Source of the DNA: Phoronis australis
Lineage: Eukaryota > Animalia > Phoronida
Assembly: GCA_002633005.1 (NCBI GenBank)
Contig: NMRA01000218.1
Span: 62,001 to 126,000 of the forward strand
DNA: 64,000 bases
Direction of reading: 5' to 3'
Shown here: positions 1 to 13,833 of the stretch, in pieces
Layout of the letters: every line of letters begins with the position of its first letter
How positions within the stretch are numbered: position 1 is the stretch's first letter
Translations under genes and position numbers: made by a program
The notes under the pieces: generated by a model
Database searches by the model: none
Told to the model about the DNA's origin: nothing
What the model saw: only the letters and a program-made list of their open reading frames with translations

Positions 1-2824
1 TGAGCCTGTCAATGGTGCTAGCACTCAATCCATTGAATCTAATGCAGGAACTATTGTAATGCTGTCACAAGACAGGAGCTGTGGTAATTAGCCTCATCAG
101 ACTGAGGTATCAGGTAAAGGATCATTTGAATGATGGGATGGTGTCAGGATCATCCCATAGTGACACCTGTAACTGCCACTGTCTGATGTAACCAAGAATG
201 AGTAGTCACTGTGACCAGAACAATGACTTGGAAACAAGTGATTGGTCGTGGTTCTTTATAATAAGATTTCAATTAACGTTTACGATCTACACGAAGAGCA
301 ATTTTTGAGACACAGAGTTAAAATTGTGCCAAAATTGATTGTCAGCAACTTCAGCTGACAATTGGAATTTTTCATTTTGACATTTTTTGAGAAAAGTATT
401 ATGAAAAACATTGTTGTAGGTTTGGTGGGAGCAGTTCTGATGTTTCAACATTTGGCAGTTTCAAGCATTTGTAGAAACATAGCAAGCAATTTTTCTGTCT
501 CAAGTTGAAGAATTTTTACCACAAATGCAATGCTGTGCAAAAACTGTATTTTCACTACTTCGATACCTAAATAACTTATGTCAAAATAAGACTTGAACCA
601 GATAACTTTTATCAAAAACACAAATATACCCACAAAGATAAAACATAGTCTCACCCCCCCCCCCNCCACTTATTAGTGAAAAGATGACGGATGTCTACAC
701 CAAGAGTCTACCTAAGAACTTCAAAGAATACAGGATCAGAGCTAAAAAACTTTCTCCAAACTACAAGCTTGAAATGGTGTAGTAAGTCTATAGCTTGTTT
801 TGATCAATGCTGAAGAACTATCTGAGTAGCTGAGCCATAACCAGTTATCTTGAAGTGTTTTCTTAACATCCTAAAACAAACAGGTTGCTGGCTTGAGTTC
901 TTGTTATGAATAGATGTCCTCTTTCATTTCAACAACTCAGCTGAACTTCACTGAAGTACGGCTGAGAAAAAAATGGGAAGGACCAATGAGAAGCTTGACA
1001 TTCACCAGGTGGCGCTTGCGAAACTACAGCCATTCTTCCATGTGTTGAGGTTGTACTTCTCCACTTATTACGCATAAAATAATTGCCAAAATTGGTATTT
1101 TTTCATTTTCCAAGGCTGGTTACACACTTAGCTACAAATATTAGAAATTTCATCAAGTGTTGTTTTATGCCATTAACACAACACAAACTTTGCTAGAAAC
1201 AGACTAAAAATTTTCTTAATCTTTATTTTTGAGAAGAAATTTGACAAGATAGAATTATACTATGCTAAATAAATGATGAATTACCATAGTCACATGGAAT
1301 CTTTGTCCCGCAAACACTCCCATGCCCCTGACCTCTGTTAGCGATGAGGTCTCAGTCATGCTATCAAACGATAACGCACTCGCTCTACTTCTAAACTGAC
1401 CACCATGAAAAGAGTTAACAATCAGTCCGCAAACTTTTATTTTCAACAGGGCCACGTTTTTGTTTCAATTCAATATTATGAAAATCCAAGAAATGAAAGC
1501 CCATCCGTGACAGTTTCAGAGGTGACAGAAAACAAAAGGGTGCCGTTAATCAATACAAAACAAGTTTGCATTGTCTTTAAGTTAGCCCTTAGCCGGATTT
1601 GGTATGAAGACATACCTCGCCAAGCACTACAAGTTGATCCCATCCTTCTGTTACAACAAAGTTACCATTCTCTGTTTTTTTTCCAAATTTCCCAATGACT
1701 GCTCTTTTACTGACTAATCTTTCCCTGCACTTTTGTCAGTTTACCATCTTCTCTTCATTCCTGTGTTTCTTAATTCTTCGTACCGCTAAATGTTGTCATC
1801 ATTCATCAGTATCAACCTTCATTGTCATCGTCATCCTCATCACCGTCATTTCCATTCACCTATTCTGACATTGCCATGTGTCTAATGGTGACACTTCTCT
1901 CAGGCAACATTTGTGGTTCCATTGACATGAAATTTACGTACAACGTGTCTCATCAGTAGCTAAAGGCTTATTGGCTGAAATTACAGTCGAAGTGGATCTG
2001 TGATGGTCTATTTATCTCAGCATCTAAAATTCGCCAAGTGTCGTTATCTTAAGTGCTTTTATTTTGCTTACTGGCATGAGTTTTCCAGAATAATTGTCAA
2101 CAAAAACATTGATTGTTAAAATTCTGAGCATTTTAGTTCTGTATAAAACTCCAGAGATTAGAAATAAACAGTTTTAGCAATTACCGGGTACACAAATCAA
2201 AGATTTTGTGAGTTCAGTTAAAAAAACAGACAATTTCAAAGTTGGACATGTCTGTTGCTTCACAAAGCGATGTACTCTGTCTGGTGGTATCACAAGGATG
2301 TGTGACTAAATTCAACATAACCTCAACATCTGTACAACATCCTAAGACACTGTGCAATCAATACCATAACTGAAGCAATAGTATTTGCACAGTCTCACAT
2401 GGTTCAAGCCAAACAGAACCACCAAGGAGGATTCTGCTACAGAGTTGAAATGAGATCTGCAGCCACTGTGATACACCAGTATGTTATCATAGCTTATAAC
2501 AGGCTTCAGTAACACCACTATCCAGATGATAACCACTGAAATATTAGACTGGTGTTTATCAAGAATTTTGACATGCACAAGAATAACCCAAGTTTAAAGA
2601 GCATTATCATAAATGATGTTAGTTCATGGTAGGGCATAAGTCAACTGGTTCTGGTTTCCACCAAAGTAATGGCTTGCGAGGGTGTGAACCACGACCCAGG
2701 GTCTACGGCAATATCCGAACTGAGACTTGATTTTGATTCAAACTAAACAAATCATGCTGCATGATTCGAGTTCAAATTTGCAAGTTTACTTGAAGCTTGT
2801 CAGTGCCATGCAATTCCAGAGGTG

Positions 2825-3242
2825 AGTCTCAACGTACCTAAACTACACGGTTAATGGACTCATAAACACAGTCACGGACGCATGAACACGACTCACGGAC
2901 CTGCAAACACTGTCCACTGACTCACAAACACGGGAACAGACTCACCAAACTCGATCCATTCACCCAAATACACGGGACACATACTCAATTCACGAGGAAA
3001 CATGGTTAACGGACCGCCAAACACGGGTCACAGACAAAATGTGGATGTCAGCTGATCCAGGAACCGCTGCGTCCGTGACTCGTGTTTGGCGTTCTGTTAA
3101 CCGTGCTTCCTCGTGAATATGAGTCCGTGTCCCGTGTATTTGTGAGTCAGTGGACGGTGTTTGCAGGTCCAAGAGTCATGTTCATGCGTCCGCGACCGTG
3201 TTTATGAGTCCGTTAACCGTGTAGTTTAGATACCTTGAGTCT
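2825..3242. mobile_element. Foldback/MITE-like non-autonomous DNA element with long (~120 bp) terminal inverted repeats built from ~20-bp subrepeats
   Basis: Left arm ctcaacgtacctaaactacacggttaatggactcataaacacagtcacggacgcatgaacacgactc... is the near reverse complement of the right arm ...gagtcatgttcatgcgtccgcgaccgtgtttatgagtccgttaaccgtgtagtttagataccttgag. Internal gactcac/aaacac subrepeats. Superfamily not assignable. Confidence 0.75.
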
Positions 3243-4685
3243 GGACTACAGAGGTTAGACCTTGAGTCAACTAGAACTTGGTGAAATTGAGCCCAATTTT
3301 TAGTGAGGAGATACATGGGTTTGTTGAATGGGTAACCTTCAGGATTATCATCTATGGCACTGCTCTCACTTTTCACATGTAATGTGGGTCGATTGTCAGA
3401 TCATGAATATCATATCTGGAGATATCACACACAACTCATGGACATGTAACTTGTTTCATAATTTGATTTTTAGGTCACAAGATTTCACGTCAGCCTGATT
3501 GAATGGAACGTGCCTCGGGGACCTAACACGCAAAAAAAATTGCTTATCCGTGTATTTATTTGACGCAGTTTGAGCCTCACTTTCAATATTTCAATCTTCT
3601 GATGGTTGCTTTGCTGTACTTGTACCAAAAAACATGCTGCAGAGGTGAGAGGACCCATGCTTTCGAAAAAGGACAGCAACGATGTAGATGAAATCCTCTC
3701 AATTAAGCACCAGCCACAATGACCTCTCTTGGCAGACTCCTGCAACCTAGAGGGTCTGTGCAACAGTACACTGAACAAACAGTGTGTACATTAACTGTCA
3801 AGTGGATTTCAAGGTATTTTCAGGGATTAAACCTTTGATAGAAACCTCTAAAAGATGCAGTAAATCTTATGACAATTTGCCACTTGTGACCAGACATGAA
3901 TTGCTGGAAGTCGCAAAGCAAGAGCTAAGAATTACGAAGAAGTTAATTAACTACTTTTCTGTAAATGTCAATCTTACCAGGGAACCATTCACAATCACAG
4001 CCATTTTCATGTACAAATATGTTATACAAATTGTGTCAAGCCTTGGTTCTTGCTTATGCAGATCAACGAAAAATAAGAAAATCAAATAATTCACATTAAT
4101 AATAAATTGTGCGTCCACATCTTGTTTGCATCTTTCAACTCCACTGGTTCATTAACTACAAGTAAATGTGTTTCATTTAACGTGGGAGTACTTTAAATGT
4201 AAATAAGTTTCATTTGGTCTACTTTAGGCCAAGCAGCCCTGGCAATCACAGAAATAGTTTAGTTCCAACAACAATAAATTTGACTTCACCACACACCAAA
4301 TCCTAGAGTTGACCTTTCAAGAAATTCTTTGAAGACAGAACTGATTTGCCAACCGACATTTTAAATCCAATCATGCCAGGTTCAAAACTGTGGCAACTAG
4401 TTAGCTCAAAAAAGAAGGCAAACAGAACTTTAGCAGTAAAGAAAAGTAGATAGTTGTTTAGATGACGGATTCAAAGGGGTTGCTCCATTCAAAAAATATC
4501 AATGAAATTGCCACTTGAGACTTGAACCAGATGTAAGCTTGCATTCTTTGGAAGAACTATATTTTTACTTAGACTACTTATTGTATTTAAATTCAACTGG
4601 TCTCACCTGGTTCCGTACTCAGATGAGAAGTGATTTTTGGTCTAGCAAAGAACCAACAGTTCATTCTTGCTAGAGTCCATGATCA

Positions 4686-5953
4686 ACAAATAAAATGAAA
4701 GCGCTCTGAGGAGCGAAACTTGGCGAAATTAACCAAAAAAACACATTCGAGAGGACGAGAAAAGACGACGACAGAGATGATGACGAAGATGACAGCTATG
4801 AAAACGATGGTGGCGATGATGGACAACCCTAGTTATGATATCATTCATATAACGAACGTAGAGGTCAGAAATCACTAAGAAATAGGCCACAGTCTTGAGC
4901 GACACTTGGCGAAATTAACTGAAGAAAAGACGACGTCGGAGATGATGACGATGATGACGAATATGATGATGGTGGTGGCCATGATGAACAACATCATAAC
5001 ATTCATACGACAAATTTAGATGTCATAAATCGTTAAGAAATTGGCTGCAGTCTATTTCAATAGAAGCTAAACCAACCTGAATGCAGCAAGAGCGCTCAAC
5101 AAAGGAGCAGCGTTATCGCAAAATCTCAAATAACTCGAAAAGTAGACGTCGTAGAGAAAAATGGAAAGCATCTTCTGAAAGCCCGTTCAAAATTCTATCT
5201 AAACTGATGGTATAGCCTAATTCCGTAAATTTTTCGAAAAAAATGAAATTTTGCGTTTTTTTTAAGAAATTCAAAGTCAAATAACTCGAAAACGGTAAGT
5301 CTGAGAAAAAAATTGTTATAGGCCATTTGAAAGAATATACTGCAAAGAATCTACATGCAAAAATTCACGTCTTTTTCTCTTCCCGTTTAAAATTGCACTC
5401 CAGACGACTGAAAATGGGTCAACATGCGCCGGATCCGCCAACTTGAAAGCAACTTCCAGTTTTTTGGCTGTGAATAATAGCATGCCGTGAGAAACTAATA
5501 CCTGTAAAAATTCAAAGGAATTGGTCTCATAATGCGCCCTCTATGGGAGAAAACGTTTTTAGGCTAAAATCGAGGTGCGCATGCGCGATCGCCGATATTT
5601 CTGCCATCTTTAACCGGAAGTAAACAATTTCCGGAATAGTTGTAGCAAACTTCCGGTCCATTTACTGTGCCGATTTTTAGCCTGTTACGTAAAAAATTTT
5701 AGCCTCCAGAAGCATTTGAACCTTTAAATGGAAACAAAATGGCCGCCACAGCCGCCATCTTGGATCCGATTTTGACGAAAAACAATAGGCTTCCAGTACT
5801 TACAGAACTACGTGTTATGTGTAAATTTCGTGACGATCGAACGAAAATTGCGACATGTATCGTGCGAACAAAAAAAAATTAAAAAAAAAAAAAAAAAAAA
5901 NACAAACTTAGTGTCAGAGCAATATACTTGGCGAAATTTATTTCGCCAAGTAA
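4686..5953 (-). mobile_element. Helentron-associated non-autonomous element (HINE/DINE-1-like)
   Basis: On the minus strand, the 5' end is a sub-TIR plus partial-IR hairpin (tacttggcgaaat-tt-atttcgccaagta, 5925-5952) followed by a simple-sequence tract (5868-5900). The 3' end is the matching sub-TIR (acttggcgaaatt, 4718-4730) followed by a short hairpin (cgctc-tgag-gagcg, 4702-4715) and a T-rich flank. Internal diverged tandem duplication at about 4718-4895 / 4904-5055. This layout matches described Helentron/HINE structure. Confidence 0.7.
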
Positions 5954-7959
5954 TGACTCACCATATATGTATAGCATGTTCTCAAGCAAAAGACCTTTTA
6001 CAGTTCACTCCGAGCTCAGAACCACATCTATTTTGACTAAGGGACAATTAGAGACCGATTTCACATTTAATGTTATGAATTTAGACTCAAATTCAAAAGT
6101 TGACGGGTTTAATGCGTTTTCAAGAAACTCTTGACTAATTAACAAAAATCTAAATCTGTGATTAGTAACTGGTGCTTGCCTCAGTTGCCCTGTAACATAA
6201 CTTGCGTTAAAATCTCACCAATTAAGGACACAGGCAAGTGAAATTTTAATTATGGATATGTTCCACCACAGCTATGTAGCACCAAATTTTAATTTAAAAT
6301 GATTTTCCGTATTCAAGATCATTCTGTATTTATAACAACCGGACCACTAGACAATGTGTTGCAAAACTGTGGCTTTTACACCACAATGTTAAACGCCTTT
6401 GAAACATGTAAAAGGCACTTACCCAGTAGTTTGATCAACAGTGGTGATTTCTTACTGTCACAGTTATGTTAGTAAGGGGACACTTGTGGATAAATTGGCA
6501 AACTGTTACTTTAATACATTTCAGTCGGACCACATGCTCTCTAACATCGACTGACTGTGCAAAAAAACCTAACCTACAGTTTACATTAGAAAAATACTGC
6601 GTGTCATTTTCCTGTGGTGCCTAAAATCTGGGGTTAATATCGAGATGTTGGGCTATGCTCAGCGAACGTAAAGCATTGCCAGAAATAAGAATGGGCCAGT
6701 GGCACAGGGCACATACCAAAAATTAATCCTGCTAAACTTGAGAATTGTAACTAGGAAATGGTGTGGCACACAGCTGTATTAATGTGCACTGTTTGCTTCT
6801 GGAGTTTTGCTTGATGACATAATAGATGTCAAATTTTCTATTGAAAATATTTCATTTGTTATTATTTTCATTCTTTCGCCATGCACTGTGCAGCCCTCTA
6901 GAACAATTCAGTATGTGTCATATATATTCTGTTGCAAAGTGTCCACTGTCCAGACGATAAAAATGCAAAGTTTTGCCTTCATTAGAAATGCCCATCAAAT
7001 TAACAAACATGAACAATTGAAAGCATTTATAGGCTAATCTAACGAAATCTAATCGTCACATTAGTGAAGATGAAAAAGGAACTTCAGTGTTGCTTGGGTG
7101 TTTCATGCTTTGTTTGACAAAGAAAACACCATTCACGGACATCACTAGAAACACTAGCAACCAAGAGGTTGTGGATGTTTGTTGTTTACCAAGGATAATG
7201 TCAACATACTATACTGGGTCAGAAAATGACTTGAGGGGTGCACATAAAGGGGAGCTGGGAATATACTATAATTGATTATTGACTATTAGAAATAAACCAA
7301 AACAAAGATATTTAACACTGCAAATGAGTTTTGACCTGGTATTCCTTGACTTGAGAGTTGTCAAGGTTCGAATTTAGCCATTGGCAAAATACCTGTGGTT
7401 TTGCAAATTTTATTTGTTCAAAAAGGCCCTGAAAAAAGTACAGTAATGTTTGTACCATAAACATTTAGATTACTGTAACGCCTATGCTTATGTAAGCGTC
7501 CACCTCTATTTTTGAACATTTTCAGAATAAGAAAACAATGCTCGACGAAGTGCTCACCCTGAACTTTTTAGAATTTTCAATTACCGAGTGCTCACTGCTC
7601 AGGTTGGTTGGCACCCACCTGTTAATTTAATTCACCAAATTGATCTTCAAATCAGTAAGGCGCACTTTTCATCGTCAAGGACATCGCATTCAGAGAGTGT
7701 CTTCTGCAGTGCATAAAAAATTGCCATGTAGTTGAAACTGGCTGTCAAGTAGTCAGCCACAGAGTCTGATTCTACGTTAAAACTATTTTATTTTCAAAGG
7801 AGTCTCTTTTCGCGAAGTTTTAAGAGCAAAACCGCAGCTTTGTTTACCGTCGACCTTCAAAGGCCAAATGACACTAGTAACATGCATGGCGGGGTCACAT
7901 AGCTGGCATATAAGACATGTATTTAGTAATAACGGAGCAAACTCGAATCACCCGATCTG

Positions 7960-8290
7960 CTCCTAGGGTGTAAGTCTCATCGTGGCGGAACAGCTTGCAT
8001 GTCTCCGTGACCTCTAGACCTTTACCAGAGAAAGTTTAAAAACTCCTGGCAGGGCCAAACATGCCAGGGCAGGTCGAAAGGTAGAGATCAGACGAAATAC
8101 ACCCCAACACTCCCTAAGGTCACACTAGGGTTGGGCGTAAGGCCAACTCCCTTACCCTGTAAAAAATGCTGTTCCTTGGCTGCAAGTCACCAATGAGAAG
8201 GACAGCTCGGACATTAAACCTGGGCAGCCTGGGCTTATCAGCCATGGATGACAACCAGTCTACGACAAGGGTACTACGAAATAAAATCAT
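7960..8290 (+). mobile_element. RTE/RTE-X-type non-LTR retrotransposon (or derived SINE) 5'-UTR fragment
   Basis: tcgtggcggaacagcttgcatgtctccgtgacc...cctggcagggccaaacatgccagggcaggtcgaaaggtagagatcagacgaaa resembles the BovB/RTE 5' region as I recall it. It is followed by gggttgggcgtaaggccaactcccttaccctgtaaaaaa and acaaccagtctacgacaaggg, which resemble RTE-X 5'-UTR motifs. No RT ORF follows. Confidence 0.6.
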
Positions 8291-9970
8291 GAGTTGCCAT
8301 GCAGGCAGAACAAGTTAGCTTCTGTACCTGTATCACCCACCCTGCAGAAGAGAACCAGACATGCACGCATTCTACCCATCACATGAACGCAGAAGAAGAA
8401 ACACCCAAGAATAGAAATCCGCATGGAGTCAAAGTATTTCAAAACCTTTTGTGTCATGCAAAACTGATGCATCGTTTCTGCACATGCGTTATTCAGCCTG
8501 GCATACATCTACCTCACGTCTCACAGTACGACAAGATGTTTTTAAATCGTTCGAGTACCCCCCACGCCCATTTCTTGAAATTTTCCATATAAGCACCCAT
8601 TTCGGGGTAGAGCACCCACCATTCCCAAGCTCCCCAACTGAATGTTTACAATAACTATTTGCTTTAGTTTATTTTAAACTAAAAGATAGAAGAATGGGAG
8701 ATTAAAATCTAAGTATGGTTCTGCTGCTGTTAGTCTCCTTTTCCAATAGGACTGTTGCATAAAATATAAACAGTTGTGTAAACAGGTGCTATTTGGGTGG
8801 TATAAGTCTGGATTAACTATTGGGGCTTGATGAATTTGACAGCAGCAAACATGGCCAACAGAATTAGCTTAATTGTTGGAACCGTTGTACCTGGGTGTGA
8901 ATAACACGTGTTGGACAACATGAACAACAAGGAAGGGTATGTAATGGGTCCTAAGGGAACTGTTCTCTATGTAACAACATACATTGATAAAAATTATTCA
9001 CCAGTAAAGAATTCCTTGCACCACCACATTGACAAATTCTTCTGGAAATTCTTTGACGATATGCACCTGGCACCGAAATGAAAATCCCTTAGCAGCACAA
9101 TTATATTTATACGAGTCGGATTTTTCTTTGTTCAAGACTTGTTTCAATGGTCACAATGATCAGTATATGTAAAAATGACCAATACTCATGTTGTCTAAGT
9201 TCATATTTCCTGTCCTTCATTCAACATGTCAAACCAATATGTTAAGAACATTGGTTAGGCATTATAAAATCTGAATTCCGAAGTCATCAAAAAGATAAGT
9301 TTACTAGCAATGAAATGCTTTTGTCATGTTAAGAGCCCATCATCACACTAATATCAGAAAGACTTGTGTCCAACAACACCTTATCCATGTAATATTGCTT
9401 AACTTATCATATCAGGAACTGACCAGTTTAAAGTAAACAGAGTGTTTACCTTGACTGTGACTCTAGATCAAATCAGTACAGTGTCAAACAAGATGCCAAG
9501 TTGGCTGTTGTTGCCACTAACTGGCCAAGTCTGGATTGATTGTCCTAGCCTTGGACACAATGAATGAATGTGAGAAACAAGTGTAGACTACTGGTCTGAG
9601 TTGCTGGTTACTGTCATTGTCCAGTGGTTATTAACACACAACTGTGAAGTGACTGAAAAGTGAATACACTGTTCAAATGGACTATGGGTAGTGGATAGGT
9701 CAAAAAGGGTATTCCAGTGGACAATGCATCTTGGGAATAGCAGGACATATCACTTGCACCATACAATGCAGGGAATTACAGCAGTGTTGAGCTAGCCAGT
9801 GACTGCTGATAACATCAATCTGCTTCTTTGGGTCACATATAATGTGATTTGTTGGAAGTGCAGAAAAACAATAGCAAGGTTTGGAATGAGCAAAAACACA
9901 CACAAAGGAAGAGGTACAATTACCACACTGTTCAGAGAAACAATTTCTCATCAACCTGTGCTCTGTAATG

Positions 9971-10023
9971 CACACAAACACACGCACACTCAAACACAAA
10001 CACACACAAACACACACACACAC
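9971..10023. repeat. Imperfect (CA)n microsatellite
   Basis: cacacaaacacacgcacactcaaacacaaacacacacaaacacacacacac. Confidence 0.85.
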
Positions 10024-11639
10024 TCTTTTTGGAATTCCATACAAAGGTCCATAGTGCTATTGCAAAGTTAATAAAATTAACAACAAAATGAAATAAATGC
10101 CATGGAACATCCACACAAAGAGACGCATCACAGGAAGATGAATGGATGAACAAAGGATCAAAATTCTTAGGAAAATATCCCACCAATTACAACTTTGGTT
10201 TGTGGTGAGAACACAGCAATTACAGCTTGAACCAGAGTGCTGTTGGGAAGTGACACAATAATTGAGAGTAATGGAGCCAGGGACTGCCAGCAAGGCCCAG
10301 CTAGATGTTTGTGGCTGGAGGATTATTGACTTCTTAATGAGAAACAGGGCTTGCCAATAATGGTGGAAGCCAAGCTTCTGAAAAGGAATGTATCCAATAC
10401 TGTGCTGAATGAACATAAGGGACTACGGTATAAACAGACCTCACAACAATACTTGAAGAGGAAAATGTATGGGTTTGGTCTTACTTTCTACTAGAAGTGT
10501 GATTCACTTGTTCTACAGAGCTCATTCATATACCAGAGCTGATATACTGGTTTGTTGTATCCGAATATAGCTCAGTTAAAGCTATTATAACACTATAGAA
10601 GCAAACTTCTTATTCAGACACTTACCAATTGATACAATTGGTCTTTTAAGAATTTTAAAAAATGTTACTGTTCCTAGCTTGGATGAGAAATGGATTCTGG
10701 GTTCAGAAAGAACTGACAGCTTTTTTTACTGTTTGAGACACAGACCATGCTCAGCCCATAAAATGACCCTCCATGTTGTTAGCCTAGTCTCCAGCAGCCA
10801 TGAATTGTCACTTCTTTACAGGACCAAAAATCACCTCGTATGATTCGATTAAGTAACAAATTGAAACCTATTTCATAAAAGAGATCAACGACATAAGTTT
10901 ATTTTTGATGGAAGGCTAGTTTACAACATCTTTATGTTTTTGAACATTTCTTATTTCTAAGCATCGTCTTTAACTGAAGTTTGTGCCAAAATTCACATAT
11001 TACAGAAAATGTTATCTTCGTTGTGAAACGCTTATCCTAAATAATGGCTATGCGCCAAATACCGTATGCAAGTAGTTTGTAATTACATCAAATGATTTCA
11101 GTTACTTAGCAAACCTTTATCACATTTTCAAACTTTTTGATTTTCAATGATTTTGGCAATTTTGAACATCAATTTCTCTGTAGTAAGGGAGTCAACCGCC
11201 ATGAAATTTTCCCCCCTCATAAAATCATAACTTTTACAAAAAGTCACATCTTGATTATAAACAATTTCATGGTGGTTCAAGGGATGAATAACGATTTTTC
11301 AGTCATTGAGTATTCAGAAATAATTCTGTAGAAATGTGAATGAACACCACTTTGACACTCACGGTTTTTGACAAAACGTCTCATTATTTTTCATGGCATC
11401 ATAAACCTCATTCCAATTGAGGTTACAGATTAGGATATAGCCTGTTAGCCACCAAGAGGCCAAGAACAGATATTTGCTGTTGGTGGCCTGGTAATTTTAG
11501 GCAGAAGTCTACATGACATTTACAACCACCACAAAACATTTAGCATGAAACACAAGGCAAAACCATTGTTTACATCTATACAATGCACAATTCAGCCTAA
11601 ATGACCCTGGAATGTTAAATGGTAGCCGTTAAGGCAATT

Positions 11640-11864
11640 NNNNNNNNNNNNNNNNNNNNNNNNNNNNNNNNNNNNNNNNNNNNNNNNNNNNNNNNNNNNN
11701 NNNNNNNNNNNNNNNNNNNNNNNNNNNNNNNNNNNNNNNNNNNNNNNNNNNNNNNNNNNNNNNNNNNNNNNNNNNNNNNNNNNNNNNNNNNNNNNNNNNN
11801 NNNNNNNNNNNNNNNNNNNNNNNNNNNNNNNNNNNNNNNNNNNNNNNNNNNNNNNNNNNNNNNN
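11640..11864. other. Assembly gap (N run)
   Basis: Run of n bases; the overlapping ORFs are artefacts. Confidence 0.99.
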
Positions 11865-12543
11865 TGCATGACAATAAACAAGACAATATATCTTGTTCAA
11901 GGGGTACAAAATGCATATCTCCATGGGAGGTTTGCAGTGAAGTAAACCTTTGTTTACAGCTTCCACACTTCAAAGACTGAGCACTTTAGCTGATTTGTTT
12001 TTCCTTCAAAGCTTAATGATTTTTCAAGAGAATACCAACTAAAAATGAACTAATAGAACTTTACTAGTACATGTGCACTTGTTCACAAATTTACATATAT
12101 CAAATAACAGGTAAAACTGGTTAACACATAGATCTGTTTGCATTTAAAACTCAAGCAATGCTAAGTAGGTCAAACAGAAGTTCCAAATTAATCAAGAAAG
12201 TGGAGTTGAACCTTCCTGTTAAAGTAATTAAAGAACTCCATTCAGACAGTGACCAGTGTAATCCAGTTTAATTGGGAAGCTAACTCCTATTAAAATCATC
12301 CCGAGATCACATCCAACTGATGTGAAGTGGTGGAAAGGGTGGTTAACCCTGTGAAAAACAACCGTAACGGTACTTTCACACTCTTTTCACTCCTCAATCA
12401 ATGTCCTGATATTTTAGGTTTGAGCATATAGTGTAAACTGATAACAAAGGTGGTTGATTAACCTGTTCTTTATAAGCTTTCTTTTTAAGATAACCGGTAT
12501 GTTTGTAGTTATCTATATCTAAATTAAAGCAAACGGTACTCAC

Positions 12544-12758
12544 ATTTCCAAGGTTTCATGTGGAAATTTGGTTGACCATGCTGAAGCACCAGGCAACCTA
12601 TGCTGACAGTCAACACTTTTGCCAATGGCAACCCTTTTGGTACTGCCTGGCGGGTTCGCCATCACATTTTTACAGAAACATGGCGAGCACGTGCTTGAGG
12701 ATTGTACCAGGAGAGCAAGAAGCCAACACAGACGGAGTGAGGAAATAAACAGCGTCAT
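12544..12758 (-). CDS. First coding exon of a putative secreted/membrane leucine-rich-repeat protein (signal peptide + LRRNT cap); downstream exons not identified in window
   Basis: Acceptor tgtttcag at 12804-12805, ATG at 12758, donor GTGAGT at 12543 (phase 2). Translation MTLFISSLRLCWLLALLVQSSS (signal-peptide-like) then CSPCFC...SVDCQHRL...FPHETLE, which fits the LRRNT pattern C-x2-C-x-C...VxC...P-x2-T. Confidence 0.6.
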
Positions 12759-13833
12759 GTCAAATCATATGGACCGATGTGGACGCATATTCACACAACA
12801 CACCTGAAACAACACAAACACATTAATAACAATATTTTATAGACAATACCATAGCAACATAGCATTAATCAACATCAAAATGTCATGTGCAGTCTATTAA
12901 TTCTGATGTTTGCAACCAGGCCAGATAAGATTCTATAGTAAATCCAGTCATAGGAATCTGAGCATTCAAAAAAATGTATTTTCTCCAAAGATCATGCCTC
13001 AAAACTGCATGAAATCACATGTCCTTCACCTGTTATTCTTGGAGTTAAGATATGTGGTGGTGAAATAAAAGAACTGCATTAGATATGGGTCTGAAGCAAT
13101 TGGCTGGTTTTTCCCATGTATGCTAATATTATAGGTATCTGGTATGACATGGAGCCAGGATCATCACTGAAAGGGGGCTGAATAGATGACCCCCTGGATC
13201 CATGCCTGACTGGTTGACGAGGAGGAAGCATTCTCCCCCACATTCAGATATTAGTTGCTATGCCGCTTAACACCTACCAAAACATCTACCCTAGACTGCC
13301 TTGCCACATAACTAGGCAAAGACTTGTCCCTTGGAGATCTCGGATTTTGGGAATCTGTAATCCACAGCATAACAGGGATTATTCGGTTTAAAAGTCAGGG
13401 ACCACCATGCGGATCTACAGTACCTAAAGTGATTTTTAATACGTAACACATTTAAAAGCAAATCTCAGAAACCTGCTTCTAAAATTGTTAAAACAAGAAA
13501 TTTCAACCGAGACCCAGGGCTCCAATCATCAAAGTTGTGTTTTGTGACCATTTAACATTAAAAAACTGCATAAGCTTGACACGAGTCTGTACTTCAGTTG
13601 AAAACTATAATGGTCAACTTTACCCAACAATGAAAGCTAGACCAGATGACTCCTCGTGGTGTTCATGTTCAGGACAGTAGATTGCAGAGATTCAGAACAT
13701 TCACCGACTGAGTGAGTAAGAAACACAAACAACCAAGATTGAAGTCGTGAAGATCGCGGTTGAAGACTGTGGTAGAATCAACATTCCAAACGTTCGCTAA
13801 AAAATATTTAAATCAAAGGCAAAACATGCTTAC

